DNA from: an uncultured Clostridia bacterium
GTDB taxonomy: Bacteria > Bacillota > Clostridia > TANB77 > CAG-508
Reading direction: 5' to 3'
Assembly: GCA_944390345.1 (NCBI GenBank)
Contig: CALXPP010000006.1
Location: 3,353 to 67,352 of the forward strand
Length of the DNA stretch: 64,000 nt
Part shown: one piece after another, positions 40,023-50,137 of the stretch
Layout: each line of letters starts with the position of its first letter
Numbering within the stretch: the first letter of the stretch is position 1
Made by a program: the position numbers and the translations under genes
The notes under the pieces: generated by a model
Seen by the model: only the letters and a program-made list of their open reading frames with translations
Told to the model about the DNA's origin: nothing
Databases searched by the model: none

Positions 40023-43000
40023 TTATTCAACACTCTTTAAAGATTCTATCATATCTATCTTCTTTAAAGCAAAGTAAGTTGCAATGTTCACAATGATTGT
40101 AAATACAATTGTAAGTAATGCTGAATATAAATAACTTTGAGGCTGTATTACTCTTGGAAATCTTAAAGCTTCAGTCTCACAAGTAGAAATTATAAAATTG
40201 CTTAAAAAATATCCACCAACTAAACCTAATAAAATACCTATGATTGTTAATATTATAACTTCTCTTGCAACATAATCATATACTTCTTTATCGTAAAAAC
40301 CTAATACTTTTATTGTTGCTAGTTCTCTTATTCTTTCACTTATATTTATGTTGGATAGATTATAAAGTACAACAAAAGCAAGGAGTCCTGCAGATATAAT
40401 TAAAATATAAACAACAGAATTTAATGCAGTTAGCATATCATCTACACTTGATATTACTTTGTTTGTTCCTATTGCTGTAGATATTCTGCTATCTTTTAAT
40501 AGTTCAGAAATTAAAGTATTTTCATCTATATTTTCACTAGAGTAATTTATGTATATAACATTAGATTTATATGGCTCATTAAAAGTTTTTTCATATAATT
40601 CTTTACTCATATAAACATAGTGTTCTAGATATTGCTCTACAATGCTACCAACTTTCAAGGTATATTTATTATGTTCTGAATCTTCTAGCTCTACAATATC
40701 TCCTTCTTTTATTTCTAATAAATCTGCAAGTTTTTCTGTAATTAGTATTGTATCATTATCTAGTTTAATTTTTTCTTTTGTTTTACTATCATTTAAATGA
40801 ATAGCTTGGTCTATCTCCTCTATATCTTCAGGAACTACTATTTGAGCATCTCTATTATCCGTATTTGAAACAAGAGTCGTAGAACTTAAATATACTTCAG
40901 TCTGTGCTGATATATCGCTCATATCTAATAATTTATTTTGTAACTCTTGCAATTCACTTTCTTCAAGATTCGATTTCAAACTTATTGTTGCATTATATTC
41001 ATATATATTTTCATATTGGAAATGCATTATTTTAGCAATAGAATCCTTTATTCCAAATCCAACTAATATTAGTGCTGTACAACCACTTATTCCAGCAATT
41101 GTCATAATAAATCTTTTCTTATATCTGAACATATTTCTTACAGTGACTTTTTGTGTAAAGCTTAAATGTTTCCATATAAAAGTTATTTTTTCTAGTAAAA
41201 CTCTTTTACCTGATTTTGGTGCTTTTGGTCTCATTAGCTCTGCTGGAGTTGATTTTAATTCCTTTTGAACTGCATAAATTGTAGCACCAATATTACATAT
41301 ACTTATTAAACCTAATCCCAATCCTGCATAAAAGTAATTAAACTCTATAACATGCTCACTAACATAAGGATACATCATCTGATAAAGTGAAATTACAATT
41401 CTAGGCAAAAACTGAAATCCTATATTCATTCCTATAATAGCACCTATTACCGTAGCTAAAGTTGCATACAATATATATTTAACCGAAATTGAAATACTAG
41501 AATAACCTAAAGCTTTTAAAGTTCCTATAATTCCTCTTTGTTCTTCTACCATTCTAGTCATAGAAGTTAAGCTTATTAATGCTGCTATTATAAAAAACAC
41601 AGCTGGAAAAACATTTGCTATCTTTGACATATTATCAGAGTCACTAATGTAGCTTGAATATCCTTGATTATCATTTCTATCCCAGATATACCATTCTGGT
41701 TTTTCTATTTCTGCTACTTCTTCTCTTGCATCAATTAATTTACTTTCTGCCTCTGTTATTTTTTCATTAAATTCTTGCTTACTTTCTTCTAAAGTTTGTT
41801 TTGCCTCTTCTATTTCTTCTTTTCCACTATTAATTTCGTTTTGAGCATCTTCTAATTCTTTATTAGTTTGATTTATTTGTGAATTTAGAGTCTTTTCATT
41901 TTCTTCTATCTCTTTATATCCATTATTTATTTGATTTTCTGCTGTTTCAAGTTCTGTCTTACCACTTGATATTTGGTTTTTAATTTCTTGTATTCCTGCT
42001 TCTAGTTTTGTTTTATTTTGTTCAAGTTCAGAGATTTGTCCTTCAATATATGACAATTGATATTTTGCCTCTGCTAATTGCTCTTCTGTCATATATTCAC
42101 CTTGATTTTTTATTGCATCTTCAATTTCTTGCTTTCTAGTTTGTAATTCTGTAAGTCCAGCAGTTAAAGTTGCAAGTTGCTCTTCTAAACTTGCCTTTTG
42201 TTCCTCTGCTTGTTTAAAACCTTCTTCTGCTTCTGCTTTTTTAGTTTCTAATTCTTTCTTACTTTCATCTAAAGTCTTTTTTGCATTCTCAATTTCTTCT
42301 TTTGCTTTAGCAAATTCATTATTAGCCTTTGTTTTATTGCTATTTAACTCGCTTTGGGCATCATTTAATTTCTTTTCATTTGAATTTATTTCATCTTCTG
42401 CTTCCTGTATTTTACTTTCAGCATCAGCTTTTTCAGTATCTAACTCTTTTTGAGCATCATCTAATTTTTGATTAGCTTCTCCAATAAGTTCATCATATCT
42501 TCTTTGTTTTTGTGTATCTTCAATCTGCTCAATTTTTTCTTTTATACTATCTATTAATTCCGTATATTCATCTGCTGTAGTGTTTAGTTCCTTTGCAGAA
42601 GCTACTTTCGCATAAATTGAGGTATATACATCTGAACTTATATTACTATCTGGTACATAAATATAATAGTCTATTTTTCCAGAGCCTAAAGAACTGGTTC
42701 CTCTTTCTCTAGAAATATACATTGGACTTTGTATAGCTCCTACTATTTTTAATTCCGTATTTACTAAACTTGCTTCTTCATCTTCTTTCAATTCTTCTTG
42801 TATATTTATAGTATCTCCTATGTTTTTATTTAAATCAGTTAATAAACTATCTTCTACTAAACACTCATTTGAATTTTTTGGTTCTTCTCCCTGAACTATT
42901 TTTACTTTATTTATTTCGTTTGTTAGAGTAGTAAGATTTAAAATATATTCTAAATTATTTTCTATTAATTTTACATCTTTAGAAAAAACTGGATATGCCT

Positions 43001-43250
43001 TTTCTATACCTTCTATTTCTTCTAAAGCTTTTATATCATCATCTGTTAACCCTAAAGTAGATAAAACTTGTATATCAAAAAAATTGCACTTATCAAAATA
43101 GCTATCTATAGTTGCCTTCATATCTGGACTTGACGCTCTTAAACCGCAAAAAAATCCAACTCCTAATAAAGCCATTAGTAGTATAGATAAAAATCTTTTA
43201 TAACTCTTTTTAATTTCTTTAAAACTATCTTTTAATAGTGCTTTTTTCAT
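40023..43250 (-). CDS. FtsX-family ABC permease with a ~400 aa coiled-coil insertion
   Basis: 1075 aa. The N-terminus is KRFLSILLMALLGVGFF and there are two 4-TM FtsX blocks. Residues ~230-520 are heptad E/K/Q-rich. No ATPase gene is adjacent. Confidence 0.8.
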   Translation of the reverse strand: MKKALLKDSFKEIKKSYKRFLSILLMALLGVGFFCGLRASSPDMKATIDSYFDKCNFFDIQVLSTLGLTDDDIKALEEIEGIEKAYPVFSKDVKLIENNLEYILNLTTLTNEINKVKIVQGEEPKNSNECLVEDSLLTDLNKNIGDTINIQEELKEDEEASLVNTELKIVGAIQSPMYISRERGTSSLGSGKIDYYIYVPDSNISSDVYTSIYAKVASAKELNTTADEYTELIDSIKEKIEQIEDTQKQRRYDELIGEANQKLDDAQKELDTEKADAESKIQEAEDEINSNEKKLNDAQSELNSNKTKANNEFAKAKEEIENAKKTLDESKKELETKKAEAEEGFKQAEEQKASLEEQLATLTAGLTELQTRKQEIEDAIKNQGEYMTEEQLAEAKYQLSYIEGQISELEQNKTKLEAGIQEIKNQISSGKTELETAENQINNGYKEIEENEKTLNSQINQTNKELEDAQNEINSGKEEIEEAKQTLEESKQEFNEKITEAESKLIDAREEVAEIEKPEWYIWDRNDNQGYSSYISDSDNMSKIANVFPAVFFIIAALISLTSMTRMVEEQRGIIGTLKALGYSSISISVKYILYATLATVIGAIIGMNIGFQFLPRIVISLYQMMYPYVSEHVIEFNYFYAGLGLGLISICNIGATIYAVQKELKSTPAELMRPKAPKSGKRVLLEKITFIWKHLSFTQKVTVRNMFRYKKRFIMTIAGISGCTALILVGFGIKDSIAKIMHFQYENIYEYNATISLKSNLEESELQELQNKLLDMSDISAQTEVYLSSTTLVSNTDNRDAQIVVPEDIEEIDQAIHLNDSKTKEKIKLDNDTILITEKLADLLEIKEGDIVELEDSEHNKYTLKVGSIVEQYLEHYVYMSKELYEKTFNEPYKSNVIYINYSSENIDENTLISELLKDSRISTAIGTNKVISSVDDMLTALNSVVYILIISAGLLAFVVLYNLSNINISERIRELATIKVLGFYDKEVYDYVAREVIILTIIGILLGLVGGYFLSNFIISTCETEALRFPRVIQPQSYLYSALLTIVFTIIVNIATYFALKKIDMIESLKSVE

Positions 43251-43340
43251 TTTTCCTTCCTTTAATTTTTATTATAATATTTTATCAATTTTTGATTTTT
43301 TTTACAATAGAAAAAAGAAAAAATCAGTTCAATTTTGTTT

Positions 43341-43404
43341 TTGGTAAACACATTTCAAAAACATAAAAGAAATTATTGACTATTTAACAACTTGGTATTA
43401 TAAT
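43341..43404 (+). promoter_or_regulatory. ldh promoter preceded by a Rex-like operator
   Basis: TTGACT (43376-43381), 17 nt, then TATAAT (43399-43404). Upstream, TTGGTAAACACATTTCAAAA (43341-43360) matches TTGTGAAnnnnnnTTCACAA at 11/14 defined positions. It lies within the inverted repeat TGTTTTTG-N12-CAAAAACA (43336-43363). Confidence 0.45.
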
Positions 43405-43442
43405 TTTTAATTAGGAGAAAAATTTTAAGGAGGATTTTTTTT

Positions 43443-44408
43443 ATGATAGAAAAAAGAAAAGTAGTATTAGTTGGAACAGGCTTCGTAGGAATGAGTATGG
43501 CTTATTCTATTTTAAATCAAGGAAATGCTAGTGGCGTTAATGAACTTGTTTTAATAGATGTTTTAAAAGATAAAGCAATTGGTGAAGCAATGGATTTATG
43601 TCATGGTCTTCCTTGTTCTTCAAGCCATATGGAAATAAAGGCTGGCGAATATGATGAATGCAAAGATGCTGATATTGTAGTTATTACAGCTGGTTTAAAT
43701 CAAAAACCAGGTCAAACAAGACTTGAATTATCTACTGCAAACGCTAAAATAATGAAAGATATTACAAAACAAGTTGTTGAGAGTGGTTTTAATGGAATTT
43801 TCTTAATTGCTTCAAATCCAGTAGATTTAATGACAAAAGTTGTTCAAGAAGTTTCTGGTTTTGAACCTTCAAGAGTAATTGGTTCTGGTACAGCATTAGA
43901 CACAGCTCGTTTAAGATATTTAGTAGGAGAATATTTAAATGTTTCAAATAAAAACGTACACGCATACATAATGGGTGAACACGGAGATTCTTCTTTTGTT
44001 CCTTGGGAACATGCTTATGTAGGATGTAAAAAAATATCAGATATTTTATTAGATGCTCATAAAGATTTAAAAGATTTAGATAAAATTTATGTTGAAGTAA
44101 GAGATGCAGCTTACGAAATTATTAACCGTAAAAAAGCTACTTACTATGGAATTGGTTTAGGATTAACTAAAATTGTTAAAACAATTTTAAATAATACAAA
44201 CGAAATTTTAACAGTTTCTGCTTACTTAAATAATCAATATGGTCAAAATGATATTTATATTGGTGTACCTGCTATAATTAATAGCGAAGGTGCAAGAGAG
44301 TTATTAGAATTAAAACTATCTGATGAAAACCAAGCAAAATTAGATAATAGCTGTAAAATTTTAAGAGAAAATATGAACAATATTAGAGAAGCTCTAAAAG
44401 AAAATTAA
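43443..44408 (+). CDS. ldh: L-lactate dehydrogenase
   Basis: VVLVGTGFVGMS Rossmann motif, a substrate loop containing GLNQKPGQTRLEL, and catalytic GEHGDS. Confidence 0.95.
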   Translation: MIEKRKVVLVGTGFVGMSMAYSILNQGNASGVNELVLIDVLKDKAIGEAMDLCHGLPCSSSHMEIKAGEYDECKDADIVVITAGLNQKPGQTRLELSTANAKIMKDITKQVVESGFNGIFLIASNPVDLMTKVVQEVSGFEPSRVIGSGTALDTARLRYLVGEYLNVSNKNVHAYIMGEHGDSSFVPWEHAYVGCKKISDILLDAHKDLKDLDKIYVEVRDAAYEIINRKKATYYGIGLGLTKIVKTILNNTNEILTVSAYLNNQYGQNDIYIGVPAIINSEGARELLELKLSDENQAKLDNSCKILRENMNNIREALKEN

Positions 44409-44460
44409 CTTTAAACTTTAGGGATAGTCCTCAAAGTTTATTCAAGATTTAAACAATAAA

Positions 44461-44508
44461 AAAACTTTATGGTAATGTACTATGTACAGAACCATAAAGT
44501 TTTTTATT
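44461..44508. terminator. bidirectional terminator (ldh / aminopeptidase)
   Basis: aaaactttatggt ... accataaagtttt, a 13-bp stem flanked by A- and T-runs. Confidence 0.7.
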
Positions 44509-44553
44509 GTTATTTTTATACCTATTTTTTAGAGATATCCTAAAACAGCTTTA

Positions 44554-45690
44554 TCATTTTAAATTTTCTGGATTTAAACATTCAAGCTCTGGTAAGACAA
44601 ATCTTCCATCTTTTCTAACTAATACATCATCTAAATATATTTCTCCTCCACCATATTCTGGAGTTTGAATATAAACTAAGTCCCAATGTATTGCAGATTC
44701 ATTTCCATTATATGCATCTTCATAGCAAGAGCCTGGTGTAAAATGAATTGAGCCTCTTATCTTTTCATCAAATAAAATATCTTTCATTGGTTTGGTAACA
44801 TATGGATTTACTCCGAAGCTAAATTCTCCAATATATCTTGCTCCTTCATCAGTATCAAAAATTTTGTTAATTTTTTCATTATCGTTAGCTGTTGCTTCTA
44901 TTATTTTTCCATCCTTAAAAGTTAATTTTACATTGTTAAATTCAAAACCTTGATATATTGAAGGTGTATTATAAGATATTGTTCCATTTACAGAATCTTT
45001 TACTGGTGCTGTATATACTTCTCCATCTGGTATATTCATTTCTCCACAGCATTTTATTGCAGGAATATTTTTTATTGAAAAACTTAAATCTGTTCCTTTT
45101 CCTACTATACGAACCTTATCTGTTTTTTCCATTAAAGCCTTTAGATTGTCCATTGCCTTACCCATTTTATTGTAGTCTAAAGTACATACATTATAGAAGA
45201 AATCTTCAAAAGCTTCAAAGCTCATATTTGCATTTGCTGCATAAGTTGGTGTTGGAAATTCCATAACACACCATTTTTTATTTAGTCTAACTTTTAAGTG
45301 TACTGGATCTGAGTAAAATTTGCTATATAGTTCCATTTGCTTAGCTGGTACATCTGCAAGTTCACAAGTATTCTCATCTGCATCTATTCTTAAATAGCAA
45401 TCCATTGCCTTCATAAATTCACTATCTTTTTCTGCCATAAAATCAATTTGCTCTTTATCTGCTCCTAAAAGCAATTCTCTTTTTAGCCTCTCGTCTATAC
45501 TTTTAGCAAAAGGATAAGCTTTATGTTTATATATTTCTCTCATTACAGCTTTTACAAAATTAATTGCTTTTTCTCCATTATATTCTATTAAAACTTTTTC
45601 TCCTGCTCTAACTTTCAAAGAATTTTGAACAATATTCTTTGCTAATATATTAATTCTTTCGTCCACTTTTTTTCTCCCTTCTAAATTCAT
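44554..45690 (-). CDS. M29-family aminopeptidase (AmpS/PepS-like)
   Basis: 378 aa with blocks PDGEVYTAP, GEFSFGVNP and HWDLV, typical of the thermophilic metalloprotease M29 family. Confidence 0.85.
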   Translation of the reverse strand: MNLEGRKKVDERINILAKNIVQNSLKVRAGEKVLIEYNGEKAINFVKAVMREIYKHKAYPFAKSIDERLKRELLLGADKEQIDFMAEKDSEFMKAMDCYLRIDADENTCELADVPAKQMELYSKFYSDPVHLKVRLNKKWCVMEFPTPTYAANANMSFEAFEDFFYNVCTLDYNKMGKAMDNLKALMEKTDKVRIVGKGTDLSFSIKNIPAIKCCGEMNIPDGEVYTAPVKDSVNGTISYNTPSIYQGFEFNNVKLTFKDGKIIEATANDNEKINKIFDTDEGARYIGEFSFGVNPYVTKPMKDILFDEKIRGSIHFTPGSCYEDAYNGNESAIHWDLVYIQTPEYGGGEIYLDDVLVRKDGRFVLPELECLNPENLK

Positions 45691-45727
45691 TTGTGTTTAT
45701 TATATACCTAGAATTTGAAAAGTCAAA

Positions 45728-46873
45728 TTAGAATTTAATTATTTGCTCCCATGGTAAATTATCTTTTCCAAAATGCCCATAGTTTGTAGTTTGTCTAAAG
45801 ATTGGTCTTCTTAAATCTAATGTTTCTATAATTCCTCTTGGTGTTAAATCAAAAGTACTTTGAATTTTATTTTCAATTTCCTCTTCTGGTATTTTTCCTG
45901 TTCCAAAAGTATTTACTAAAATTGAAACTGGTTTAGCTACTCCAATAGCATATGCTAACTGAATTTCACATCTATTTGCATATCCATTTGCAACAACATT
46001 TTTTGCTATATATCTTGCCATATAAGATGCTGACCTATCTACTTTTGTAGGATCTTTTCCAGAAAAAGCTCCTCCACCATGTCTACTATATCCACCATAA
46101 GTATCTACTATAATTTTTCTGCCTGTTAATCCACTATCTCCTAAAGGGCCACCTATAACAAATCTTCCTGTTGGATTTATATAAAATTTTGTAGCTTTGT
46201 CTAGTAATTCTTTGGGAATTATAGCAAAAATTACTTTTTCTTTTATATCTCTTTTTAAAATTTCTAAATCAGTTTCTTCTGTATGTTGTGTTGAAACTAC
46301 AACTGTGTCTACCCTAACAGGTCTTTCGTTTTCATCATATTCTACTGTTACTTGTACTTTTCCATCTGGTCTTAAATAAGATATTTCTTTTTGTTTTCTA
46401 ACTTCTGTTAATCTTTTTGCTAATCTATGAGCTAAAAAGATTGGCATTGGCATATATGCTTCTGTTTCATCTGTTGCATAGCCAAACATTAATCCTTGAT
46501 CTCCTGCACCTTCTGATTCTAAGTTATCTCCTTCTTTATCTTCTAAAGATTTATCGACTCCTAAAGCTATATCTGGAGATTGCTTAGATAGATTAACTAA
46601 AACTTCACAAGTTCTATAATCAATATCTGTTTTACTATTATTGTAACCTATTTCTTTAATTGCATTCCTTACTATTTCTTCAACATTAATATTAGCTTTT
46701 GTAGTAATTTCTCCAGTTACTATAATTTTTCCTTTTCCTGCAACAGTTTCACAAGCTACTCTTGAATTTGCATCTTGCTCTAAACAAGCATCTAAAACAC
46801 TATCAGATATAAAATCACATAATTTATCTGGATGTCCTTCTGTTACACTTTCTGATGTAAATAATTTTCTCAT
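45728..46873 (-). CDS. metK: S-adenosylmethionine synthase
   Basis: [28 protein letters not shown]. Confidence 0.97.
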   Translation of the reverse strand: MRKLFTSESVTEGHPDKLCDFISDSVLDACLEQDANSRVACETVAGKGKIIVTGEITTKANINVEEIVRNAIKEIGYNNSKTDIDYRTCEVLVNLSKQSPDIALGVDKSLEDKEGDNLESEGAGDQGLMFGYATDETEAYMPMPIFLAHRLAKRLTEVRKQKEISYLRPDGKVQVTVEYDENERPVRVDTVVVSTQHTEETDLEILKRDIKEKVIFAIIPKELLDKATKFYINPTGRFVIGGPLGDSGLTGRKIIVDTYGGYSRHGGGAFSGKDPTKVDRSASYMARYIAKNVVANGYANRCEIQLAYAIGVAKPVSILVNTFGTGKIPEEEIENKIQSTFDLTPRGIIETLDLRRPIFRQTTNYGHFGKDNLPWEQIIKF

Positions 46874-46974
46874 ATATTTCTCCTTTTAAATTTATTTATA
46901 TATGTTTCATTAATTTTTACAAAATTTCTAATTAAATCAATTTTTAGTTAGTGATTTTTCTTAAAAATATAAAC

Positions 46975-47125
46975 AAAAAAAGCTTCCCTACAAAGAAGCT
47001 TAAATTACATTTTTTTAATCATCATTCAAAGCTCTTTGCTCTGTCGGTATTAGCACCTAAACAAATAGGTTGCTGTGGAGTCTTAGAGCCGATTCTCTCG
47101 TCCACTCTTGATAACATATACATTG
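46975..47125 (-). promoter_or_regulatory. SAM-I (S-box) riboswitch with intrinsic terminator
   Basis: The minus strand reads GTTATCAAGAGTGGACGAGAGAATCGGCTCTAAGACTCCACAGCAACC..TTAGGTGCTAATACCGACAGAGC..TGATGA. This matches the conserved S-box cores AUCAAGAG, GCAACC and GGUGCUAA. The terminator is AAGCTTC-loop-GAAGCTT plus T7 (46975-47001). Confidence 0.85.
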
Positions 47126-47131
47126 TTTACT

Positions 47132-47160
47132 ATTTTACATAATTTTGTTTATTTTGTCAA
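47132..47160 (-). promoter_or_regulatory. metK leader promoter
   Basis: Minus strand has TTGACA (47155-47160), 17 nt, then TAAAAT (47132-47137). Confidence 0.55.
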
Positions 47161-47249
47161 TCTTTTTTCCTTATTTCAGAAATAATTTAGCAAAAATTTG
47201 GAAATACTATAATTAATTTTTTGAAAATATTTGATTATCAGGAGAATTT

Positions 47250-48026
47250 ATGAATAAAAAATTAACAAAAATACTGTTTTATTTAATTGTATATAGTTTT
47301 CTTGGTTTTTGTTTAGAAACTATTGTAGGAATATTTACTAAAGGGGTTATAGAAAGTAGACAAAGCTTTGTATATGGTCCCTTTTGTGTAATTTATGGCA
47401 TAGGTGCACTTGTTTTAATTCCTATACTTACAAAATTTAGAGGAAAAAATTTAAAACTGTTTTTCTTTGGAATGATTTTAGGAAGTCTGGTTGAGTATTT
47501 AGGTAGTTTTATTGGTGAAAAGCTATTAGGTTTCATTTGGTGGAATTACTCTAATATGTTTTTAAATATTAATGGAAGAACTAGCTTATTTTATGCAATA
47601 TGTTGGGGAATAATTAGTATTATATTAATAAATTATTTAAATCCTAAAGTTGATTCGTTTTATAATTATTTAATAAACAAGCTTTCTTTTTCAAAATTTC
47701 AAGCTATAACTAATATATTAGCAGTTCTTTTTGCTCTTGATGCCTTAGTTAGCGGAATTGCATTAAATAATTTTTATAATAATACAATAAATAACTATAA
47801 TATTGGAACTCCCTTTGAACTTTCGTATTTAGAAGGCTTTTCTAATATATATAAAGATAGCAAGCTTGAAGAATTTATTAATACAAATTTTTCAAAAGAA
47901 AAAATGATTAAAATTTATCCAAATATACTTATACCAACTGTATCTGGTAACTATATTAATCTTGATACTTTAGTTGCAGATGTAGAACCTTATTACTTTA
48001 AAGTTTTTGAATTGTCCGCAAAATAG
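47250..48026 (+). CDS. polytopic membrane protein, CmpB/putative ABC-transporter type IV family
   Basis: FLGFCLETIVGIFTKGVIESRQSFVYGPFCVIYG; a paralog of 19837-20838. Confidence 0.6.
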   Translation: MNKKLTKILFYLIVYSFLGFCLETIVGIFTKGVIESRQSFVYGPFCVIYGIGALVLIPILTKFRGKNLKLFFFGMILGSLVEYLGSFIGEKLLGFIWWNYSNMFLNINGRTSLFYAICWGIISIILINYLNPKVDSFYNYLINKLSFSKFQAITNILAVLFALDALVSGIALNNFYNNTINNYNIGTPFELSYLEGFSNIYKDSKLEEFINTNFSKEKMIKIYPNILIPTVSGNYINLDTLVADVEPYYFKVFELSAK

Positions 48027-48063
48027 AATAAGCATTTAGATTTTCTCTAAATGCTTATTTTTT
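48027..48063. terminator. bidirectional terminator
   Basis: aataagcatttaga-ttttc-tctaaatgcttatt is a perfect 14-bp stem followed by a T-run. It overlaps the stop of the convergent gene. Confidence 0.7.
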
Positions 48064-48498
48064 AAAAAAGTACTTTATTTTATTAAATATTTTTTGGATA
48101 AAATTTTCTTTTTTATATTCAATAATTGAATTTTCCTTTGAATTATTTACTTTATAATTTTTAACATCTTTAAAAATATCATTTGGATTATATTTTTCTC
48201 TTTTCATATTTTCATTTTCTATAATATATAAATTACTTTTTTGTATATATTCTTTTCTTTCTTCATCAGTACAAATATAATCCTGATAAACAAGTGCAAT
48301 TAACCCTCTTGTTTCAGATTTTAAATTTTGTTCAATTAAACTTTTGGTTTTATCATAATTGAATTTATAAGTTTTTGATGCAATTTTATCTATAAATTTT
48401 AAAAAATTAGTTGGAATTTTATTTACTATATCATCTGAACAATTTTCTAATATACTTTTAAATTCAACAGCAGCTTCACTTAAATCTTTTGTTACCAT
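48055..48498 (-). CDS. hypothetical protein
   Basis: 147 aa. It overlaps the upstream gene by 7 nt, which suggests translational coupling. No family recognised. Confidence 0.45.
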   Translation of the reverse strand: MVTKDLSEAAVEFKSILENCSDDIVNKIPTNFLKFIDKIASKTYKFNYDKTKSLIEQNLKSETRGLIALVYQDYICTDEERKEYIQKSNLYIIENENMKREKYNPNDIFKDVKNYKVNNSKENSIIEYKKENFIQKIFNKIKYFFKK

Positions 48499-49466
48499 AT
48501 AAGTTCTCCTTGGTCTATACTATTATCATCTCTTTCCAAATCCTCTTTTGCATTTTTTAATGATTTAAAGGTAGCAGATTTTTCTTCAATACTACTCTCA
48601 GCCACTTCTTTAAAATCATCTTTACCAATTTTATTTCTTCCTTCTTTTTGTATTAAATGCTCATTAATTATATCTTCAAGTCTTGAATTTTCTTGTTCTG
48701 GAGTCTCTTCTAATTGTTGCTCTGAATCTTTTACAAATTCTGGAAGTTTTTCTTCTACTATTTGATTTAAAATGTTTTCATCAATTCCTTGTTCTAAAAT
48801 TGCACCTTTATATTTGTCCAAAATAGTGCTTAATCTTCTTTGGGCAGCTTGTTGTATTTCTGGATAGCATTTATAATATGCACTTAAATTTAATATTACA
48901 GCAAGTTGTTCATAAATTAAGGTAGAAACATCATTTTTTTTATCTAATAACTCTAAATCAATAAAATTTATTCCTTTTCCTTGTTCATACATAAAATTTC
49001 CTGCCTTTGATGGATCTATTCCTATTCCAACTTTTTCAATTTCTAACCATCCTTTTACAAATTGTTCAAAAAACTCTGGATTTTCCTTAGCTATTGAATC
49101 TATTTGGTTCAAATAGTCTAACTGATATCTTTCATTTTCAGAATTCCAATTTGTTCTATCTAATAGTGGAACACCTTTTGCTCTTTCTTGCAATACATAG
49201 CCTTTAGAGACAGTAACATCTCTATCAACTCCCCAATCTTGAACCTTCTGCTCTAATACTTTAAAATCCAAAATTCTTGCTACATTAATGCCCTTTTCTT
49301 TTAAATCATCAGTTATCTGCATAACTTTTTCCAATTCATCTTTAACAAAGCTCTGCTTTAACAATGCATAATCATTTATTAAGAAGCATTTTTTATTTCC
49401 ACCAGCTGCGTCTATTGTTTTATCATCAATTAGATCTATCATCTTATCTATAAGTTGACCACTCAT
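48492..49466 (-). CDS. hypothetical protein, possibly with a protein-kinase/APH-like fold
   Basis: GIDPSKAGNFMY (D-x4-N-like catalytic loop) and INFIDLE (DFG-like). The resemblance is weak. Confidence 0.4.
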   Translation of the reverse strand: MSGQLIDKMIDLIDDKTIDAAGGNKKCFLINDYALLKQSFVKDELEKVMQITDDLKEKGINVARILDFKVLEQKVQDWGVDRDVTVSKGYVLQERAKGVPLLDRTNWNSENERYQLDYLNQIDSIAKENPEFFEQFVKGWLEIEKVGIGIDPSKAGNFMYEQGKGINFIDLELLDKKNDVSTLIYEQLAVILNLSAYYKCYPEIQQAAQRRLSTILDKYKGAILEQGIDENILNQIVEEKLPEFVKDSEQQLEETPEQENSRLEDIINEHLIQKEGRNKIGKDDFKEVAESSIEEKSATFKSLKNAKEDLERDDNSIDQGELIW

Positions 49467-49482
49467 TTTTTCCCTTTCACTT

Positions 49483-50013
49483 CTATTTTAAATCAATTTT
49501 CAATTCTTTCTTATATTCTTCTATTTCAAATAAATCTTCTTCCCTAAAATTAAATATCTTAGCTATAATATTGGTTGGAAAAGTTGTAATTTTGGTATTG
49601 TAAACAGTAACATCACCATTATAAATTCTCCTTGCTGCTTGCAACTGACTTTCCATTCTTGTTAAAGCTTCTTGTAATTTCAAAAATTGCTCATTTGCTT
49701 TAATGCTTGGATATCCTTCTGCAACTCCAACTAAACTAAGCATTTCAGAATTTAAATCTGTTGCTTCTTTTAAATTTGGATTATCTTTATATATATTTCT
49801 TTTTTCTACTAATTTAGTTAAAAGTCTTTCTTCGTATATTTTATATCCTTTTACACATTCTACTAAATTTGGTATTAAATCAAATCTTTGATTCAAATAT
49901 ACATCTATAGAAGATTCTGCTTGTTTTACTTTATTTCTTAATCTTACACAAATATTATATTCTAAAATAATAAATATCGCTAATACAATTAAAATTATTG
50001 CTACAATTTCCAT
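49483..50013 (-). CDS. lemA: LemA family protein
   Basis: N-terminal TM, then VDVYLNQRFDLIPNLVE, AEGYP and LQAARRIYNG..YN..I..FP. Confidence 0.85.
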   Translation of the reverse strand: MEIVAIILIVLAIFIILEYNICVRLRNKVKQAESSIDVYLNQRFDLIPNLVECVKGYKIYEERLLTKLVEKRNIYKDNPNLKEATDLNSEMLSLVGVAEGYPSIKANEQFLKLQEALTRMESQLQAARRIYNGDVTVYNTKITTFPTNIIAKIFNFREEDLFEIEEYKKELKIDLK

Positions 50014-50137
50014 TTTTCTCTCCTCTATCTATTTGCTATTTACAACACTTTTAATTGTAACTTATAAAAATATTTTTTTCAATATAAATCATTCATTTAC
50101 TAAATTTTGTAAATTTCTAATAAATATATAACTGATT

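Noticed and set aside
41700-42560. Possible DNA-level tandem repeats in the coiled-coil region of the giant permease.
   Set aside because: Similarity exists only at the level of E/K/Q-rich heptads, and I could see no exact nucleotide repeat units.
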